Source: an uncultured Ignavibacterium sp.
Lineage (GTDB): Bacteria; Bacteroidota; Ignavibacteria; Ch128b
DNA length: 64,000 nt
Assembly: GCA_964454895.1 (NCBI GenBank)
Contig: CAYVTW010000007.1
Span: 12,338 to 76,337 of the forward strand
Direction of reading: 5' to 3'
Positions 49,026 through 61,362 of this stretch are shown here, piece after piece (within the stretch, counting starts at the first letter, position 1; every line of letters begins with the position of its first letter). Below the pieces are notes generated by a model. It was not told where the DNA came from. It ran no database searches and worked only from the letters and a program-made list of their open reading frames with translations. The position numbers were made by a program, and so were the translations under genes.

Positions 49026-49096
49026 CTGCCGGGAGAGGATTCGAACCTCTACATACGGCTCCAAAGGCCGCTGTCCTACCCTTAGACGACCCGGCA
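49026..49096 (-). tRNA. tRNA, anticodon UUG (Gln) by manual folding. No CCA is encoded.
   Basis: Cloverleaf on the reverse complement:
- 7-bp acceptor TGCCGGG/CCCGGCA
- U8
- D-arm GTCT-AAGGGTA-GGAC with G18 G19 A21
- anticodon stem GCGGC/GCCGT around loop CTTTGGA
- 4-nt variable loop
- T-arm AGAGG-TTCGAAT-CCTCT
- discriminator G. Confidence 0.6.
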
Positions 49097-49104
49097 AATT
49101 CATA

Positions 49105-49473
49105 TTAAATTTTTAATCCACCTTCTCTTAACCCATCAGCAAGAGATTGGACTCTGCCATGATAACGGAAACCATTTCTATCAAAAATCCCTGTTGTAAT
49201 GCCATTATTAATAGCAATTTGGGCAGCTACTTTTCCAACCAATTTACTTATTTCAGTTTTAGTTAACTTACCTTCAATCTTTCCTTTCACTTCTTTAGAT
49301 AAATTTGAAACCGAGAATAAAGTTTTATTATTCAAATCATCAATAAACTGAACATAAATATTATTTAAACTTCTGTAAACACATATCCTTGGTTTTTCAG
49401 GAGTTCCCCTTTTCAAAACTTTCTTGATGTGTTTTTTAATTCTAAATCTTGATTTTACTTTTGGTTTAATCAT
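49105..49473 (-). CDS. rplR: 50S ribosomal protein L18
   Basis: 122 aa matching the L18 family. Confidence 0.9.
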   Translation of the reverse strand: MIKPKVKSRFRIKKHIKKVLKRGTPEKPRICVYRSLNNIYVQFIDDLNNKTLFSVSNLSKEVKGKIEGKLTKTEISKLVGKVAAQIAINNGITTGIFDRNGFRYHGRVQSLADGLREGGLKI

Positions 49474-49475
49474 AT

Positions 49476-50015
49476 CTATTTACCTGCAGTTTTACCAGCT
49501 TTTCTAATTAATTTTTCACCTTCGTATCTAATACCCTTACCTTTATATGGTTCAGGTGGTCTAAATGATCTAATTTTTGCTGCAACTTGTCCAACAAGTT
49601 GTTTATCGATTCCACTCACAACTATATTTGTTGGAGCAGGCACTTCAATTTTTACATCTTTAGGTGGAATGAAAAATATCGGATGTGAATAACCTAGAGC
49701 TAATTGTAAACCTCTGCCTTTCCACTCTGCTCTGTAACCAACACCAACAATCTCTAATTTTTTGGTGAATCCTTCACTCACACCATTTATCATGTTTTGA
49801 ATAAGTGCTCTATAAAGCCCGTGTAAAGCTCGAACTCTTTTCTCATTAGAATCTCTTGTTAAAACAACTTGACTATCTTCAACTTTGATGTTGATTCGTG
49901 TATCATAAGTTTGTGTAAGCTCACCTTTGGGACCTTTGACAATGATTGTCCCATCTTTAACTTGAACAGATACACCCTTTTTAATTTCAACTGGTTTTCT
50001 ACCAATTCGCGACAC
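49476..50015 (-). CDS. rplF: 50S ribosomal protein L6
   Basis: 179 aa. N-terminus MSRIGRKPV. Confidence 0.95.
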   Translation of the reverse strand: MSRIGRKPVEIKKGVSVQVKDGTIIVKGPKGELTQTYDTRINIKVEDSQVVLTRDSNEKRVRALHGLYRALIQNMINGVSEGFTKKLEIVGVGYRAEWKGRGLQLALGYSHPIFFIPPKDVKIEVPAPTNIVVSGIDKQLVGQVAAKIRSFRPPEPYKGKGIRYEGEKLIRKAGKTAGK

Positions 50016-50036
50016 TTTTTAATCTCCTCTTTCAAT

Positions 50037-50432
50037 TTACCAAATATGGCAAATTACTTCGCCACCGATATTTTCATTTCTTGCTTCTTTATCGGTTTTA
50101 AGACCTTTTGAAGTAGAAATAATTGCAATTCCAAGACCATTAAGAACACGATCTATAGATTTAGCGTCTTTATAAATTCTTAAACCCGGCTTACTTATTC
50201 TCTTCAATCCTGAAATTGCGCATCTATTCTGAACATATTTCAATTTGATCTTTAATATACCCTGTTTATTATCTTCGATTACCTCAAAGGAGTCTATATA
50301 ATTTTGCTGTTTCAAAATACGAGCGATATCAATTTTCATTTTTGAAGCAGGCACTTCAACAATAACATGCCTTGCTTTAATCGCGTTTCTTAATCTTGTT
50401 AAAAAATCAGCAATAGGATCTGTCATCGACAT
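50037..50432 (-). CDS. rpsH: 30S ribosomal protein S8
   Basis: 131 aa. N-terminus [17 protein letters not shown]. Confidence 0.95.
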   Translation of the reverse strand: MSMTDPIADFLTRLRNAIKARHVIVEVPASKMKIDIARILKQQNYIDSFEVIEDNKQGILKIKLKYVQNRCAISGLKRISKPGLRIYKDAKSIDRVLNGLGIAIISTSKGLKTDKEARNENIGGEVICHIW

Positions 50433-50451
50433 TATTCTCTAATCTCCTCTT

Positions 50452-50637
50452 TTACCAACTTGCTTTCCTAACACCAGGAATTTGTCCGCTGCTTGCCATA
50501 TTTCTAAAACAAATTCGACAAATTCCGAATTTTCTTAAATAACCTCTTGGTCTACCACATATACTGCAGCGGTTATACTTTCTAACTTTAAACTTTGGTT
50601 CTTTTTTTTGTTTTACTATTAAAGCTAATCTGGCCAA
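50452..50637 (-). CDS. rpsZ: 30S ribosomal protein S14 type Z (zinc-binding, 61 aa)
   Basis: CSICGR..CRICFR zinc ribbon. Confidence 0.9.
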   Translation of the reverse strand: MARLALIVKQKKEPKFKVRKYNRCSICGRPRGYLRKFGICRICFRNMASSGQIPGVRKASW

Positions 50638-50647
50638 CTTTAACTCC

Positions 50648-51316
50648 TTATTGACTTACTTCTTTCTTTCTGAATGGAAACCCAAATGCTTTTAATAATT
50701 CATAAGCTTCAGAATCAGTTTTTGCTGTTGTTACAATTGATATATCCATGCCATAAATTCTGTTCACTTTATCGACATTAATTTCTGGGAAAATGATATG
50801 TTCCTTAATTCCTAAAGAATAATTACCTCTACCATCAAAGGATTTGTCTGAAACACCTCTAAAGTCTCGAACTCTCGGTAACGCAATATTGATTAACCGA
50901 TCAAGAAATTCATACATTCTAGCTCCTCGTAATGTAACCATACAACCGATAGCCATTCCTTGTCTAAGCTTGAAATTCGAAATAGCTTTTTTAGCTTTTC
51001 TAACCGAAGGTTTTTGTCCAGCGATTAATTCTAAATCTTTTAAAGCATCTTCAAGTAATTTAGGATCTTGTGAAGCTCTTCCTACTCCTATATTTAATGT
51101 AATTTTATGAAGCTTCGGAACCTGCATTATGTTCTTGTAATTAAATTGCTTCATTAACATTGGAGTAATTTCTAGTTTATACATCTCCAAAAGTCTAGGA
51201 GTAACTTTTTCTTCAGGCTCCGTTGGAACTTCTACTTTAACTTCCTTTTCTTCCTTTTTGGATTTTTTTGTTTGAGCTACTTGTTGAACTTGTTTTTTTT
51301 GCTTTTTATCTGCCAT
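50648..51316 (-). CDS. rplE: 50S ribosomal protein L5 with a roughly 38-aa K/E-rich N-terminal extension
   Basis: The conserved L5 core begins at PRLLEMYK. The only in-frame ATG is at 51316, 8 nt after the rplX stop. Confidence 0.9.
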   Translation of the reverse strand: MADKKQKKQVQQVAQTKKSKKEEKEVKVEVPTEPEEKVTPRLLEMYKLEITPMLMKQFNYKNIMQVPKLHKITLNIGVGRASQDPKLLEDALKDLELIAGQKPSVRKAKKAISNFKLRQGMAIGCMVTLRGARMYEFLDRLINIALPRVRDFRGVSDKSFDGRGNYSLGIKEHIIFPEINVDKVNRIYGMDISIVTTAKTDSEAYELLKAFGFPFRKKEVSQ

Positions 51317-51324
51317 CTTTAAAC

Positions 51325-51654
51325 CTAAATCATTTCTCCAGATTTTTTAGTTACACGAACAATTTTTTTCTTTTTTGTAGTTTCATCGTAAATAATTTTT
51401 GATCCTATTCTAGTTCTTTCATTCGTTTTCGGGTCTAAAATCATTACATTAGAAATATGAATGGGGGCTTCTTTTTTAAGAATACCACCTTGCGGATTTT
51501 TTTGTGATGGTCTGGTATGTCTTTTTACAATGTTTACACCTTCAACGATAACTCGTTGTTTTTTCGGAAAAACCTTAAGTACTTTACCGGTTTTTCCTTT
51601 TTCGTTACCAGCTATGACAATTACGTTATCATTTTTTTTGATTTTAAGTCTCAT
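51325..51654 (-). CDS. rplX: 50S ribosomal protein L24
   Basis: 109 aa with a KOW motif. Confidence 0.9.
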   Translation of the reverse strand: MRLKIKKNDNVIVIAGNEKGKTGKVLKVFPKKQRVIVEGVNIVKRHTRPSQKNPQGGILKKEAPIHISNVMILDPKTNERTRIGSKIIYDETTKKKKIVRVTKKSGEMI

Positions 51655-51664
51655 TCAAAACCTC

Positions 51665-52033
51665 TTATAATACTTCAGGAGCTAATGATACAATTTTCAT
51701 GAATTGTTTCTCTCTTAATTCACGAGCAACGGGACCAAAAATTCGCGTTCCACGTGGTTCATTTTTGTTGTCGAGAAGAACCGCAGCATTTTCATCAAAT
51801 CTAATATACGTTCCATCTTTTCTCTTTACTTCTTTCTTAGTTCTTACAACTACTGCACGAGATACATCACCTTTTTTAACAGCACCACCAGGAATTGCTG
51901 ATTTAACAGACACGACTATAATATCTCCAACACTTGCATATCTTCTATTACTACCACCAAGAACTCTTATACATCTAACCTTTTTTGCACCTGAATTATC
52001 AGCAACAACTAAATTGGTTTCTTCCTGAATCAT
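51665..52033 (-). CDS. rplN: 50S ribosomal protein L14
   Basis: N-terminus [18 protein letters not shown]. 122 aa. Confidence 0.95.
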   Translation of the reverse strand: MIQEETNLVVADNSGAKKVRCIRVLGGSNRRYASVGDIIVVSVKSAIPGGAVKKGDVSRAVVVRTKKEVKRKDGTYIRFDENAAVLLDNKNEPRGTRIFGPVARELREKQFMKIVSLAPEVL

Positions 52034-52057
52034 TTCTGTATCCTCTCTCTATATATT

Positions 52058-52318
52058 TTATTTTTCTCGTTCAAGAATTTTTACTAATCGCCATCTTTTT
52101 CTCTTACTCAAAGGACGCGTTTCCATTATTTCGACGATATCACCAATCTGGCATTCGTTGTTTGGATCATGAGCCATTAATTTTGTGGTTTTCTTATAAT
52201 ATTTTTTATAAATAGGATGAGCAACTCGCCTTTCAATTTCTACGACAATGCTCTTATCCATTTTGTTGCTTACTACTTTTCCGATTCTGGTTTTTCTTTT
52301 ACCTCTAGTTACTGTCAT
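52058..52318 (-). CDS. rpsQ: 30S ribosomal protein S17
   Basis: 86 aa matching the S17 family. Confidence 0.9.
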   Translation of the reverse strand: MTVTRGKRKTRIGKVVSNKMDKSIVVEIERRVAHPIYKKYYKKTTKLMAHDPNNECQIGDIVEIMETRPLSKRKRWRLVKILEREK

Positions 52319-52321
52319 CTC

Positions 52322-52558
52322 TTATTTCTCCTCCTTTGTTCCAGAACCGGATTTTCTATCTATACCTAATTCTCTTTCTCTAAGAACGGTTTTCATTCTT
52401 GCAATGTCTCTTCTAGTTAATTTTATTTTGGCTGTGTTAGTTAATTGCTTTGTTGCTAATGCAAATCTTAAATCAACTAAATTGCTTTCTTCTTCTATAA
52501 TTCTTTTTCTTAATTCTTCGTCAGTCATCTGTCTGATTTCGAATAACTTCATACTCAC
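52322..52558 (-). CDS. rpmC: 50S ribosomal protein L29
   Basis: 78 aa matching the L29 family. Confidence 0.85.
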   Translation of the reverse strand: MSMKLFEIRQMTDEELRKRIIEEESNLVDLRFALATKQLTNTAKIKLTRRDIARMKTVLRERELGIDRKSGSGTKEEK

Positions 52559-52560
52559 AC

Positions 52561-52983
52561 CTATTCTGCTTTGTAATCTATTCTAGTGACGATTTTAGTT
52601 TTAATTGGTAGCTTATGAGCTGCTAATTTTAAAGCTTCTTGTGCAGTTGTAGGATCAACACCCGCAACCTCAAACATAACTCTTCCTGGTTTAACAACAG
52701 CTACCCAAAATTCTGGTGCTCCTTTACCTTTACCCATTCTGGTCTCAAGTGGTTTTTTGGTTACTGGTTTATCTGGAAAAATTCTAATCCAAATTTTACC
52801 ATCTCTTTTCATCTTCCTAGCAAGTGCAACACGGCATGCTTCAATCTGTCTTGAAGTTATCCAATGTGGCTCAAGCGCTTTTAATCCGAATTCACCAAAA
52901 GCTACGGTATTACCTCGAGTAGCTTTACCTTTCATTCTACCACGATGAGCTTTTCTATATTTAACTCTTTTAGGCATCAACAT
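52561..52983 (-). CDS. rplP: 50S ribosomal protein L16
   Basis: N-terminus [11 protein letters not shown]. 140 aa. Confidence 0.95.
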   Translation of the reverse strand: MLMPKRVKYRKAHRGRMKGKATRGNTVAFGEFGLKALEPHWITSRQIEACRVALARKMKRDGKIWIRIFPDKPVTKKPLETRMGKGKGAPEFWVAVVKPGRVMFEVAGVDPTTAQEALKLAAHKLPIKTKIVTRIDYKAE

Positions 52984-52988
52984 AAAAT

Positions 52989-53639
52989 TTATGCTCCAAT
53001 TTTTTCACCTGGTTTACCAAAAATTTCGCCTCTGCAAATCCAAACTTTAACACCAATTGACCCATAAATGGTCTGAGCAGTTGCAGTAGCGTAATCGATA
53101 TCAGCTCGAAAAGTGTGTAAAGGAATTCTACCTTCTTTATACTGTTCAGAACGAGCCATTTCTGCACCAGCAAGCCGTCCGCCGCATTTAATTCTTATAC
53201 CTTCAGCACCCATTCTCATAGCTGCAGTAATTGCAGTTTTCATAGCTCGTCGATGTGAAATTCTATTTTCAATTTGTCTAGCGATATTTTTTGCAACGAG
53301 CTCCGCATCAAGCTCTGGTCGTTTAATTTCATGAATTTGAACTTTAACTTCCTTATCAAATAATTTTTTCAATTCAGCTTCAAGTTGAGCTATATCTTTT
53401 CCACTTCTGCCAATTACCACACCTGGTCTAGAGGTATGAATTGTAATAGTTAGATCTTTGGCGGTTCTTTCAATAATCACTTTAGAAACGCCTGCGTTCT
53501 CTAATCTATTTTTTATGTAGCTTCTAATCTTGACATCTTCCACGAGTTTTGGGCCAAAGGATTTTTCTTCATACCAATTCGAATCCCAACCTCGTGTAAT
53601 ACCTATTCTCAAGCCAATTGGATTAGATTTCTGTCCCAA
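52989..53639 (-). CDS. rpsC: 30S ribosomal protein S3
   Basis: N-terminus [15 protein letters not shown] domain. Confidence 0.95.
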   Translation of the reverse strand: MGQKSNPIGLRIGITRGWDSNWYEEKSFGPKLVEDVKIRSYIKNRLENAGVSKVIIERTAKDLTITIHTSRPGVVIGRSGKDIAQLEAELKKLFDKEVKVQIHEIKRPELDAELVAKNIARQIENRISHRRAMKTAITAAMRMGAEGIRIKCGGRLAGAEMARSEQYKEGRIPLHTFRADIDYATATAQTIYGSIGVKVWICRGEIFGKPGEKIGA

Positions 53640-53647
53640 AGATACAC

Positions 53648-54001
53648 CTATGATTTTGTTTCTTTTTGTGCAACAACAATAGTTACATGATTAGATCTTT
53701 TTCTAATTCGATAAGCTCTACCCATCGGTGCAGGTAAAACACGTTTTAACATTGGCCCACCATCCACATAAGCTTCCTTAACATAAAGGTCACTAACTTC
53801 AATTCGACCATCTTCAACCTTATTCATTAAATTAGCAACAGCTGAGCGCAGGACTTTTTCAGCATCTCTAGCAGCATGTTTTTTATTAAAATGTAAAATA
53901 CTTAAAGCTTCTTCAACAGACTTTCCACGAATCAAATCAATTACAGTTCTCATTTTTCGTGGCGATGTTGGTATAAATCTAAATCTTGCTCTTGCTTCCA
54001 T
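53648..54001 (-). CDS. rplV: 50S ribosomal protein L22
   Basis: 117 aa matching the L22 family. Confidence 0.9.
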   Translation of the reverse strand: MEARARFRFIPTSPRKMRTVIDLIRGKSVEEALSILHFNKKHAARDAEKVLRSAVANLMNKVEDGRIEVSDLYVKEAYVDGGPMLKRVLPAPMGRAYRIRKRSNHVTIVVAQKETKS

Positions 54002-54018
54002 ATATTACCTTATCAAAC

Positions 54019-54306
54019 TTATTTTGCTTTGCTTGCTTTTTCCGCTTTTGTTCCTGGATGACCTCTAAATATTCGAGTAGGAGCAAATTCACCAAGTTTG
54101 TGTCCTACCATGTATTCAGTAATCAACACAGGAATAAATTGCTTACCGTTATGTATAGCAATTGTATGTCCCACAAATTCTGGTGAAATAGTTGATGCAC
54201 GCGACCAAGTCTTTATCATTTTTTTCTGATTAGCCTCATTTAGAGCTCTAATCTTTTTTAGTAACTTTTCATTTATATAAGGACCTTTTTTAACAGATCT
54301 TGGCAT
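54019..54306 (-). CDS. rpsS: 30S ribosomal protein S19
   Basis: N-terminus [10 protein letters not shown]. 95 aa. Confidence 0.95.
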   Translation of the reverse strand: MPRSVKKGPYINEKLLKKIRALNEANQKKMIKTWSRASTISPEFVGHTIAIHNGKQFIPVLITEYMVGHKLGEFAPTRIFRGHPGTKAEKASKAK

Positions 54307-54320
54307 AAATTCCTCTTACA

Positions 54321-55154
54321 CTATTTCCTTCGTTTGACAATAAATTTATTCGATAATTTTTTCTTTTTGCGAGTTTTTAATCCTTTAGCGTATTGACCCC
54401 AAGGAGAAGTAGGATGCTGCCAACCACCGCCAGATTTACTTTTTCCTTCACCCCCTCCATTAGGATGATCAATTGGATTCATTGCAACACCTCGCACATA
54501 AGGTCTCCAACCTAACCATCGATTTCTTCCAGCCTTACCCAAACTAATATTCTCGTGATCAGCATTTCCAACTATCCCATAAGTGCAATAGCAATTTACA
54601 TTTACTAGACGAACTTCTCCTGATGGAAGTTTTAAGTGTACATATTTATCTTCTCTTGCTACAACCTGAGCTGAAGTACCAGCACTTCTTGCAAGTTGGC
54701 CACCTTTGCCAGGCTTCATTTCAACATTATGTACAAAACTTCCTAAAGGTACAATACCAAGCGGCATTGCATTTCCAGGTTTAATTTCAACGTTTTCGCC
54801 AGCCATAATTGTATCGCCAACTTTTAAACCATTTGGTGCAAGAATGTATCGTTTCTCTCCATCAGCATAATGTATCAATGCTATCCTAGCAGAACGATTT
54901 GGATCATATTCTATTGAAAAGACTTTACCAGGTATATTTCGCTTATCTCTTTTGAAATCAATGATTCTATACATTCGTTTATGTCCACCACCACGATGTC
55001 GTGAAGTTAGACGACCATAGTTATTCCTACCACCCGATTTTTTCAAAGGTTCAAGTAAGGATTTCTCAGGTTCAACTCTAGTTATTTCTGAGAAGTCTGG
55101 TAAGATTGCAAATCTTTGTGATGGTGTAACTGGTTTTAATTTTTTAAGTCCCAT
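54321..55154 (-). CDS. rplB: 50S ribosomal protein L2
   Basis: 277 aa with the conserved GGGHKR block. Confidence 0.95.
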   Translation of the reverse strand: MGLKKLKPVTPSQRFAILPDFSEITRVEPEKSLLEPLKKSGGRNNYGRLTSRHRGGGHKRMYRIIDFKRDKRNIPGKVFSIEYDPNRSARIALIHYADGEKRYILAPNGLKVGDTIMAGENVEIKPGNAMPLGIVPLGSFVHNVEMKPGKGGQLARSAGTSAQVVAREDKYVHLKLPSGEVRLVNVNCYCTYGIVGNADHENISLGKAGRNRWLGWRPYVRGVAMNPIDHPNGGGEGKSKSGGGWQHPTSPWGQYAKGLKTRKKKKLSNKFIVKRRK

Positions 55155-55172
55155 TATTGTTCATCCTTGCAA

Positions 55173-55481
55173 TTATATGTTCTCAAAGAAATCAATTTTC
55201 TGGCCTTTATCTAAAGTTACATAGGCTTTTTTAATAGTAGCTCTTCTACCAGTAAATCGACCAGACCTGGTAAATTGTGTTTTTGCTTTTCCTTTGCGCA
55301 CCACAGTTCGAACATTTATAACTTTAACATTAAACTTTTTTTCAACTGCATTTGCTATATCAATCTTGTTAGCACCTTTTGAAACAACAAAACCGTAAAC
55401 ATTAACACCTTGATCCTGCAATGCGGTAATCTTTTCGGTCAATAAAGGTCGAATCAATATTTCGTTAATTTTCTTACTCAT
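55173..55481 (-). CDS. rplW: 50S ribosomal protein L23
   Basis: 102 aa matching the L23 family. Confidence 0.9.
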   Translation of the reverse strand: MSKKINEILIRPLLTEKITALQDQGVNVYGFVVSKGANKIDIANAVEKKFNVKVINVRTVVRKGKAKTQFTRSGRFTGRRATIKKAYVTLDKGQKIDFFENI

Positions 55482-56112
55482 GGCTAAATTTATTATTTAT
55501 TAATTTCAAGGCACTTTCTTGAATCATTAAGACTTTATTATTAAGAATTGCATAAGTTGAGGCTTTGGAAGCCTCGAGCACATTCAATGTTGGAATATTT
55601 CTACCTGATAAGTAGATATTTTTATTGTAAGATCCTGTTAAAAGTAAAGTCTTTTTCTGGCTAATATTCAGTGCTTTTAAGATACTGAACATCTCTTTAG
55701 TCTTTGGTTGTTCGAAGTCAAAGTCTTCAACAACAATTATTTGGTTATTCTGAGCTTTATATGTTAAAGCAGAAAGTCGAGCTAATAACTTGACTTTTTT
55801 TGGCAATTTCATTTCATAATCACGTGGTTTAGGTCCAAAAACAGTTCCACCTCCAACCCAAAGTGGTGAACGGATAGAACCTGCTCGAGCTGTACCACGG
55901 CCTTTTTGTCGCCATGGTTTACGACCACCACCACGCACTTCGCTTCTTTCTTTTGTTTTCGCTGTGCCTTGTCTTTGATTTGCAAGGTAAGCCTTTACAG
56001 CTAAATAAATTGCGTGATCGTTTGGTGTCACAGCAAAAATTTCCGGATTCAATTCTACTTGATGTCCGGCTAATGTACCATCTATTTTGTATACATCAAT
56101 TTTCATTGTCAT
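55474..56112 (-). CDS. rplD: 50S ribosomal protein L4
   Basis: 212 aa matching the L4 family. Confidence 0.9.
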   Translation of the reverse strand: MTMKIDVYKIDGTLAGHQVELNPEIFAVTPNDHAIYLAVKAYLANQRQGTAKTKERSEVRGGGRKPWRQKGRGTARAGSIRSPLWVGGGTVFGPKPRDYEMKLPKKVKLLARLSALTYKAQNNQIIVVEDFDFEQPKTKEMFSILKALNISQKKTLLLTGSYNKNIYLSGRNIPTLNVLEASKASTYAILNNKVLMIQESALKLINNKFSHE

Positions 56113-56741
56113 TTCTTTATCAATTTCACATAACCGTTAATATGACCAGGGATTGCACCTTTTATGTAGATTAAATTCTGGTCTTTGTCAATTTTTACAA
56201 TCTTTAGATTACGAATAGAGACTTTTGCACCGCCCATTCTACCAGCCATTCTCTGACCCTTAAAAACACGGCTTGGGAATGAGCTAGCACCAATCGAACC
56301 AGGCGCTCTCAGTCTATCACTCTGACCGTGAGTTACAGATCCACCGCCAAATCCATGCCTTTTCACAACACCTTGAAAACCTTTTCCTTTAGAAATCCCT
56401 TGAACCGTGATTTTTTCACCTTCATTAAAGATATCAACTAGAATTTGCTGTCCTAATTTTAACTCTTTCAGGTCAAAGTCTCTAAATTCAGCCAAGAATT
56501 TCTTAGGTGTAATACTTGCCTTATTAAAATGTCCAAGTAATGGTTTGTTTGTACTCTTAATTTTCTTTTGATCAAATCCCAACTGAACCGCATAATAACC
56601 ATCGTTCTCTTTTGTTTTAATCTGTGTAACAAAACAAGGTCCAGCTTCAACAATCGTCACCGGAATAACATTACCATTTTGGTCAAAAATTCGTGTCATT
56701 CCTATTTTTTTACCTAGAAGACCTATCATTATAATCTCCAA
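56109..56741 (-). CDS. rplC: 50S ribosomal protein L3
   Basis: 210 aa. The true start is probably a few codons inside ([15 protein letters not shown]). Confidence 0.9.
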   Translation of the reverse strand: MEIIMIGLLGKKIGMTRIFDQNGNVIPVTIVEAGPCFVTQIKTKENDGYYAVQLGFDQKKIKSTNKPLLGHFNKASITPKKFLAEFRDFDLKELKLGQQILVDIFNEGEKITVQGISKGKGFQGVVKRHGFGGGSVTHGQSDRLRAPGSIGASSFPSRVFKGQRMAGRMGGAKVSIRNLKIVKIDKDQNLIYIKGAIPGHINGYVKLIKK

Positions 56742-57056
56742 CTATGCATTTACTTTTATCTCAATATCGACACCCGCAGGGATATCGAGTTTCATTAATG
56801 AGTCAATTGTTTTATTGTTTGAGTTTAGTATATCAATTAATCTTTTATGAGAACGAATTTCAAATTGATCACGTGATTTTTTATCAACATGTGGAGATCT
56901 AAGAACAGTATATACAGTTCTTTTTGTTGGCAAAGGAATAGGCCCAGAAACCAAAGCTCCAGTACTTCTGACAGTTTTAATTATCTTCTCAGCTGACTTA
57001 TCTAAGAGATTATGATCGTATGATTTTAATTTAATTCGTATCTTTTGACTTTGCAC
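56742..57056 (-). CDS. rpsJ: 30S ribosomal protein S10
   Basis: 104 aa with N-terminus [15 protein letters not shown]. Confidence 0.95.
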   Translation of the reverse strand: MQSQKIRIKLKSYDHNLLDKSAEKIIKTVRSTGALVSGPIPLPTKRTVYTVLRSPHVDKKSRDQFEIRSHKRLIDILNSNNKTIDSLMKLDIPAGVDIEIKVNA

Positions 57057-57092
57057 TTCTTAAATCTCCTTTTAATAAAATTATATCACCTC

Positions 57093-58301
57093 TTATTCAA
57101 GAATTTTTGTAACAACACCAGCACCAACAGTTCTACCGCCTTCGCGAATAGCAAATCTCAATCCTTCTTCCATTGCAATTTCAGAAATTAGATCTACTGT
57201 GAGCCTTACATTATCGCCAGGCATAACCATCTCAACACCTTCTGGTAAGGTTACAACTCCAGTAACATCAGTTGTTCTGAAATAGAACTGTGGTCTGTAA
57301 CCCGAGAAGAATGGTGTATGGCGGCCACCTTCTTCTTTTGAAAGAACGTAAACTTCGCATTCAAATTTTTTGTGTGGTGTGATACTACCTGGTTTTGCTA
57401 AAACCATTCCTCTTTCTATCTCATCCTTACCTATACCTCTAAGAAGTAATCCAGCATTATCACCTGCGATAGCTTCATCAAGTTCTTTTCTAAACATTTC
57501 AATACCTGTTACAACTGTCTTCTTGTGCTGTCCAAGTCCAATTAATTCTACTTCTTCGTTTAACTTTATTTTACCTCTCTCAACTCTACCAGTTGCTACT
57601 GTTCCACGTCCTGTGATACTGAAAACGTCCTCAACTGGCATCAAAAATGGTTTATCGATTTCTCTTTGTGGTAATGGGATATAATTATCTAATGCGTCTA
57701 CTAAATCCCAAATACATTTAAATTCAGGTTCATCCGGAGAAGTTGTTGGTAAAACAGCTTTCTCCATAGCTTTCAAAGCACTTCCTCGAATTACAGGAAT
57801 TTCATCGCCAGGGAATTCATATTTAGATAACAATTCCCTAACTTCCATTTCTACTAAGTCAAGTAACTCTGGATCGTCAACTGCATCGACTTTATTCATG
57901 AAGACAACAATAGCAGGAACACCAACCTGACGAGCCAAAAGAATATGTTCTCTTGTTTGTGGCATTGGTCCATCGGTTGCAGCAACAACTAAGATAGCAC
58001 CATCCATTTGTGCTGCACCAGTAATCATATTCTTTATATAATCAGCGTGTCCTGGGCAATCAACATGTGCATAATGTCTCTTTTCAGATGAATACTCAAC
58101 GTGTGCAGTTGCAATGGTAATACCACGTGCTTTTTCTTCTGGTGCATTATCAATTGAGTCAAAGGTTCTTACTTGAGCTAAATTTTTCTTAGCTAGAACC
58201 ATCGTAATTGCTGCAGTTAAAGTTGTTTTACCATGATCCACGTGACCAATTGTTCCAACATTCACGTGAGGTTTACTACGATCAAATTTTTCCTTTGCCA
58301 T
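57093..58301 (-). CDS. tuf: Elongation factor Tu
   Basis: [15 protein letters not shown] and NKVD motifs. 402 aa. Confidence 0.97.
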   Translation of the reverse strand: MAKEKFDRSKPHVNVGTIGHVDHGKTTLTAAITMVLAKKNLAQVRTFDSIDNAPEEKARGITIATAHVEYSSEKRHYAHVDCPGHADYIKNMITGAAQMDGAILVVAATDGPMPQTREHILLARQVGVPAIVVFMNKVDAVDDPELLDLVEMEVRELLSKYEFPGDEIPVIRGSALKAMEKAVLPTTSPDEPEFKCIWDLVDALDNYIPLPQREIDKPFLMPVEDVFSITGRGTVATGRVERGKIKLNEEVELIGLGQHKKTVVTGIEMFRKELDEAIAGDNAGLLLRGIGKDEIERGMVLAKPGSITPHKKFECEVYVLSKEEGGRHTPFFSGYRPQFYFRTTDVTGVVTLPEGVEMVMPGDNVRLTVDLISEIAMEEGLRFAIREGGRTVGAGVVTKILE

Positions 58302-58335
58302 TTTTGTTTCTCCTTTTAATTAGTAAAGATTAAAC

Positions 58336-60432
58336 TTAGACTATAATTCCTTCTTTTCCGATTGATTTTTCAATTATTTGATCAGCAATCTGTTTTGGTA
58401 CTTCTTGATAAAACGCAAACTGCATTGTATATAATGCTCTACCTTGAGTCATAGATCTTAAAATCGTAGCATATCCGAACATTTCAGACAGAGGAACTAA
58501 TGCACGAATAACTTGGGCATCTTTTCTTGCACTAAAGCCTTCGATCTTTCCACGTCGTGAGTTTAAATCACCCATCACATCACCTAAATATTCCTCAGGA
58601 GTAACTACTTCAACTTCCATAATTGGCTCTAACAGTGTTGGCGAGGCTTTCTTTGCAGCTTCTTTAAATGCGATAGAACCTGCTATTCTGAACGACAACT
58701 CATCGGAATCAACTTCATGATAAGAACCATCGAATAATGTAACCTTAACATCAACAACTGGATAACCAGCTAATACACCATTTCTCATTGCTTCTTCTAT
58801 GCCTGCAGAGACTGCAGGAATATACTCTTTTGGTATTACACCACCTACAATTTTATTTATAAATTCGTAACCTTTACCTTTTTCATTAGGTTCAATTTCA
58901 ATCCACACATGCCCATATTTACCACGACCTCCAGTTTGTCTAACAAATTTACCTTCTGCTTGAGCTTTCTTGGAAATAGTTTCTCTATATGCAACTTGTG
59001 GTCTTCCAATATTTGCTTCAACCTTGAATTCTCTTTTCATTCGGTCAACTAAAATTTCGAGGTGAAGCTCTCCCATCCCGGCTATTAAAGTTTGTCCTGT
59101 TTCTTCATTAACACTAACTCTGAATGTAGGATCTTCATCGGCTAACTTATTCAAGGCTTCTGATAATTTGTCTTGATCAGCTTTGGTTTTAGGTTCAATT
59201 GCTATTTGAATAACTGGCTCAGGAAATTCCATTTTTTCAAGAATAATCGGATCCGATTCATCACAAAGTGTATCCCCGGTCTTCGTAAATTTCAATCCAA
59301 CGGCAGCTGCAATATCACCAGCATATACTTCTTCAATATCCGTTCTATGATTAGCATGCATTTGCAGCAGTCTACCTAATCTTTCTTTCTTTTCTTTATT
59401 GGAGTTATAAATATATGAGCCTGCTGTAGCTTTACCAGAATAAACTCTAAAAAAAGTTAATCGACCGACATACGGATCACTCATAATTTTAAACGCTAAT
59501 GCAGTGAATTTTTCATCCTCTGTTTGTTCTCGAGTAACTAAGTCGTTCAAATGGGGATGATGCCCAACTAAAGGCGGTAGATCAGCTGGTGAAGGTAAAT
59601 AATCAATTACCGCGTCAAGCAATAATTGAATACCTTTATTCTTGAATGCCGAACCACAAAGGACCGGAACAATTGTATTCTTTATCGTTGCTTGTCTTAT
59701 AACTTTTTTTATTTCTTCTTCGGTGATTTTTTCACCTTCTAAATATTTCACTAACAAGGTATCATCAATATCCGAGACTGCTTCCAATAACTTAGTTCTA
59801 TTTTCCTTAGCATAGTTTTCAAGATCTTTGGGTATTTCAAATATTTCAAATTTGGTTCCGAGTGGATCTTCAGTGTACATTACAGCTTTCATAGTAATCA
59901 GATCAATAACACCAGTAAACATATCACCTTCGCCAATTGGAATTTGAATAGGTACAGGATTTGCACCTAGTCTATCCTTCATCATCTGAATTACATTAAA
60001 GAAGTCCGCACCCACTCGATCCATTTTATTGACAAAGGCTATTCTTGGTACACCAAATTTATCAGCTTGTCTCCAAACAGTTTCGGACTGAGGTTCAACG
60101 CCACCAACTGCACAGAATAAAGCAACGGCTCCATCTAAAACTCTTAATGATCTCTCAACTTCAACCGTAAAATCAACGTGGCCTGGTGTATCAATAATAT
60201 TAATTCTGTGTCCTTTCCATTCACAAGTTGTCGCAGCACTTGTAATAGTTATTCCTCTTTCTCTTTCCTGCTCCATGAAGTCCATCGTAGCAGACCCATC
60301 ATGAACTTCACCCATCTTATGGACTTTACCAGTATAGAACAGGATTCGTTCAGTTGTAGTAGTTTTACCGGCATCAATATGAGCCATAATCCCAATATTT
60401 CGCAATTTCTCTATCGGTAATCCTCTAGGCAT
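58336..60432 (-). CDS. fusA: Elongation factor G
   Basis: [17 protein letters not shown] and NKMD motifs. 698 aa. Confidence 0.97.
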   Translation of the reverse strand: MPRGLPIEKLRNIGIMAHIDAGKTTTTERILFYTGKVHKMGEVHDGSATMDFMEQERERGITITSAATTCEWKGHRINIIDTPGHVDFTVEVERSLRVLDGAVALFCAVGGVEPQSETVWRQADKFGVPRIAFVNKMDRVGADFFNVIQMMKDRLGANPVPIQIPIGEGDMFTGVIDLITMKAVMYTEDPLGTKFEIFEIPKDLENYAKENRTKLLEAVSDIDDTLLVKYLEGEKITEEEIKKVIRQATIKNTIVPVLCGSAFKNKGIQLLLDAVIDYLPSPADLPPLVGHHPHLNDLVTREQTEDEKFTALAFKIMSDPYVGRLTFFRVYSGKATAGSYIYNSNKEKKERLGRLLQMHANHRTDIEEVYAGDIAAAVGLKFTKTGDTLCDESDPIILEKMEFPEPVIQIAIEPKTKADQDKLSEALNKLADEDPTFRVSVNEETGQTLIAGMGELHLEILVDRMKREFKVEANIGRPQVAYRETISKKAQAEGKFVRQTGGRGKYGHVWIEIEPNEKGKGYEFINKIVGGVIPKEYIPAVSAGIEEAMRNGVLAGYPVVDVKVTLFDGSYHEVDSDELSFRIAGSIAFKEAAKKASPTLLEPIMEVEVVTPEEYLGDVMGDLNSRRGKIEGFSARKDAQVIRALVPLSEMFGYATILRSMTQGRALYTMQFAFYQEVPKQIADQIIEKSIGKEGIIV

Positions 60433-60452
60433 AAAAATTTAATTCTCCAACC

Positions 60453-60920
60453 TTACCATTTAAAATGAGCAAATGCTTTATTAGCTTCAGCCATACGATG
60501 AGTATCATCTTTTTTCTTAACCGAAGCACCCTCATTATTCGATGCTGCGATTAATTCAGCCGCTAACTTAGTAGCAAAAGATTTATCTTTTCTATCTCTG
60601 GCAAAATTTATTATCCATCTGAGAGCAAGTGCAATTTGCCTTTCAGGTCTTACTTCTGTAGGAACTTGATATGTTGCACCACCTATTCTACGGCTTCTTA
60701 CCTCAATCATTGGCTTAACATTGTTTACAGCTTTAAGGAATACATCTAATGGGTTTTTATTTGTCTTTTCTTTAATAATATCAAAAGCGCCATACACTAA
60801 CTTTCTGGCAACATTCTTTTTACCACGCTTCATCACATAATTTATTAGCTTAGTAACAAGTATCTCATTATAAATTGGGTCTGGTGATAAAATTCTTTTT
60901 TCTGCTCTTCTCTTTCTCAT
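60453..60920 (-). CDS. rpsG: 30S ribosomal protein S7
   Basis: 155 aa matching the S7 family. Confidence 0.95.
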   Translation of the reverse strand: MRKRRAEKRILSPDPIYNEILVTKLINYVMKRGKKNVARKLVYGAFDIIKEKTNKNPLDVFLKAVNNVKPMIEVRSRRIGGATYQVPTEVRPERQIALALRWIINFARDRKDKSFATKLAAELIAASNNEGASVKKKDDTHRMAEANKAFAHFKW

Positions 60921-60922
60921 AA

Positions 60923-61306
60923 CTATTTACTTGCTGTTTTTGCTTTTTTAGTTCCGTATTTTGATCTGCCTTGTTTTCTATCGTTTACTCCAGCCGCATC
61001 AAGAGTTCCACGTATTATGTGATAACGAACACCAGGCAAATCTTTGACTCTTCCACCTCGAACAAGAACTATTGAGTGTTCTTGCAAGTTATGGCCTTCT
61101 CCAGGAATATATGCAGTAACTTCAATACCATTAGATAGGCGCACACGAGCAACTTTGCGAAGTGCTGAATTTGGTTTCTTCGGTGTTGTAGTATATACTC
61201 TTGTGCAGACCCCCTTTTTTTGAGGGCATCCCTGAAGAGCTGGTGATTTGCTCTTACTCTTAACCTTAACTCTATTATGTCTAACTAATTGATTTATTGT
61301 TGGCAA
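60923..61306 (-). CDS. rpsL: 30S ribosomal protein S12
   Basis: N-terminus MPTINQLVR and the [10 protein letters not shown] block. 127 aa. Confidence 0.95.
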   Translation of the reverse strand: MPTINQLVRHNRVKVKSKSKSPALQGCPQKKGVCTRVYTTTPKKPNSALRKVARVRLSNGIEVTAYIPGEGHNLQEHSIVLVRGGRVKDLPGVRYHIIRGTLDAAGVNDRKQGRSKYGTKKAKTASK

Positions 61307-61362
61307 ATCTATATCTCCATTTTATAAAAATTTAGCTTTGCAATATAATATTTCAAAATATT

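Noticed and set aside
48900-49085. 61-aa plus-strand ORF spanning the rpsE/rplR junction
   Set aside because: It overlaps the tRNA on the opposite strand and the end of rpsE. The tRNA fold explains this stretch better.
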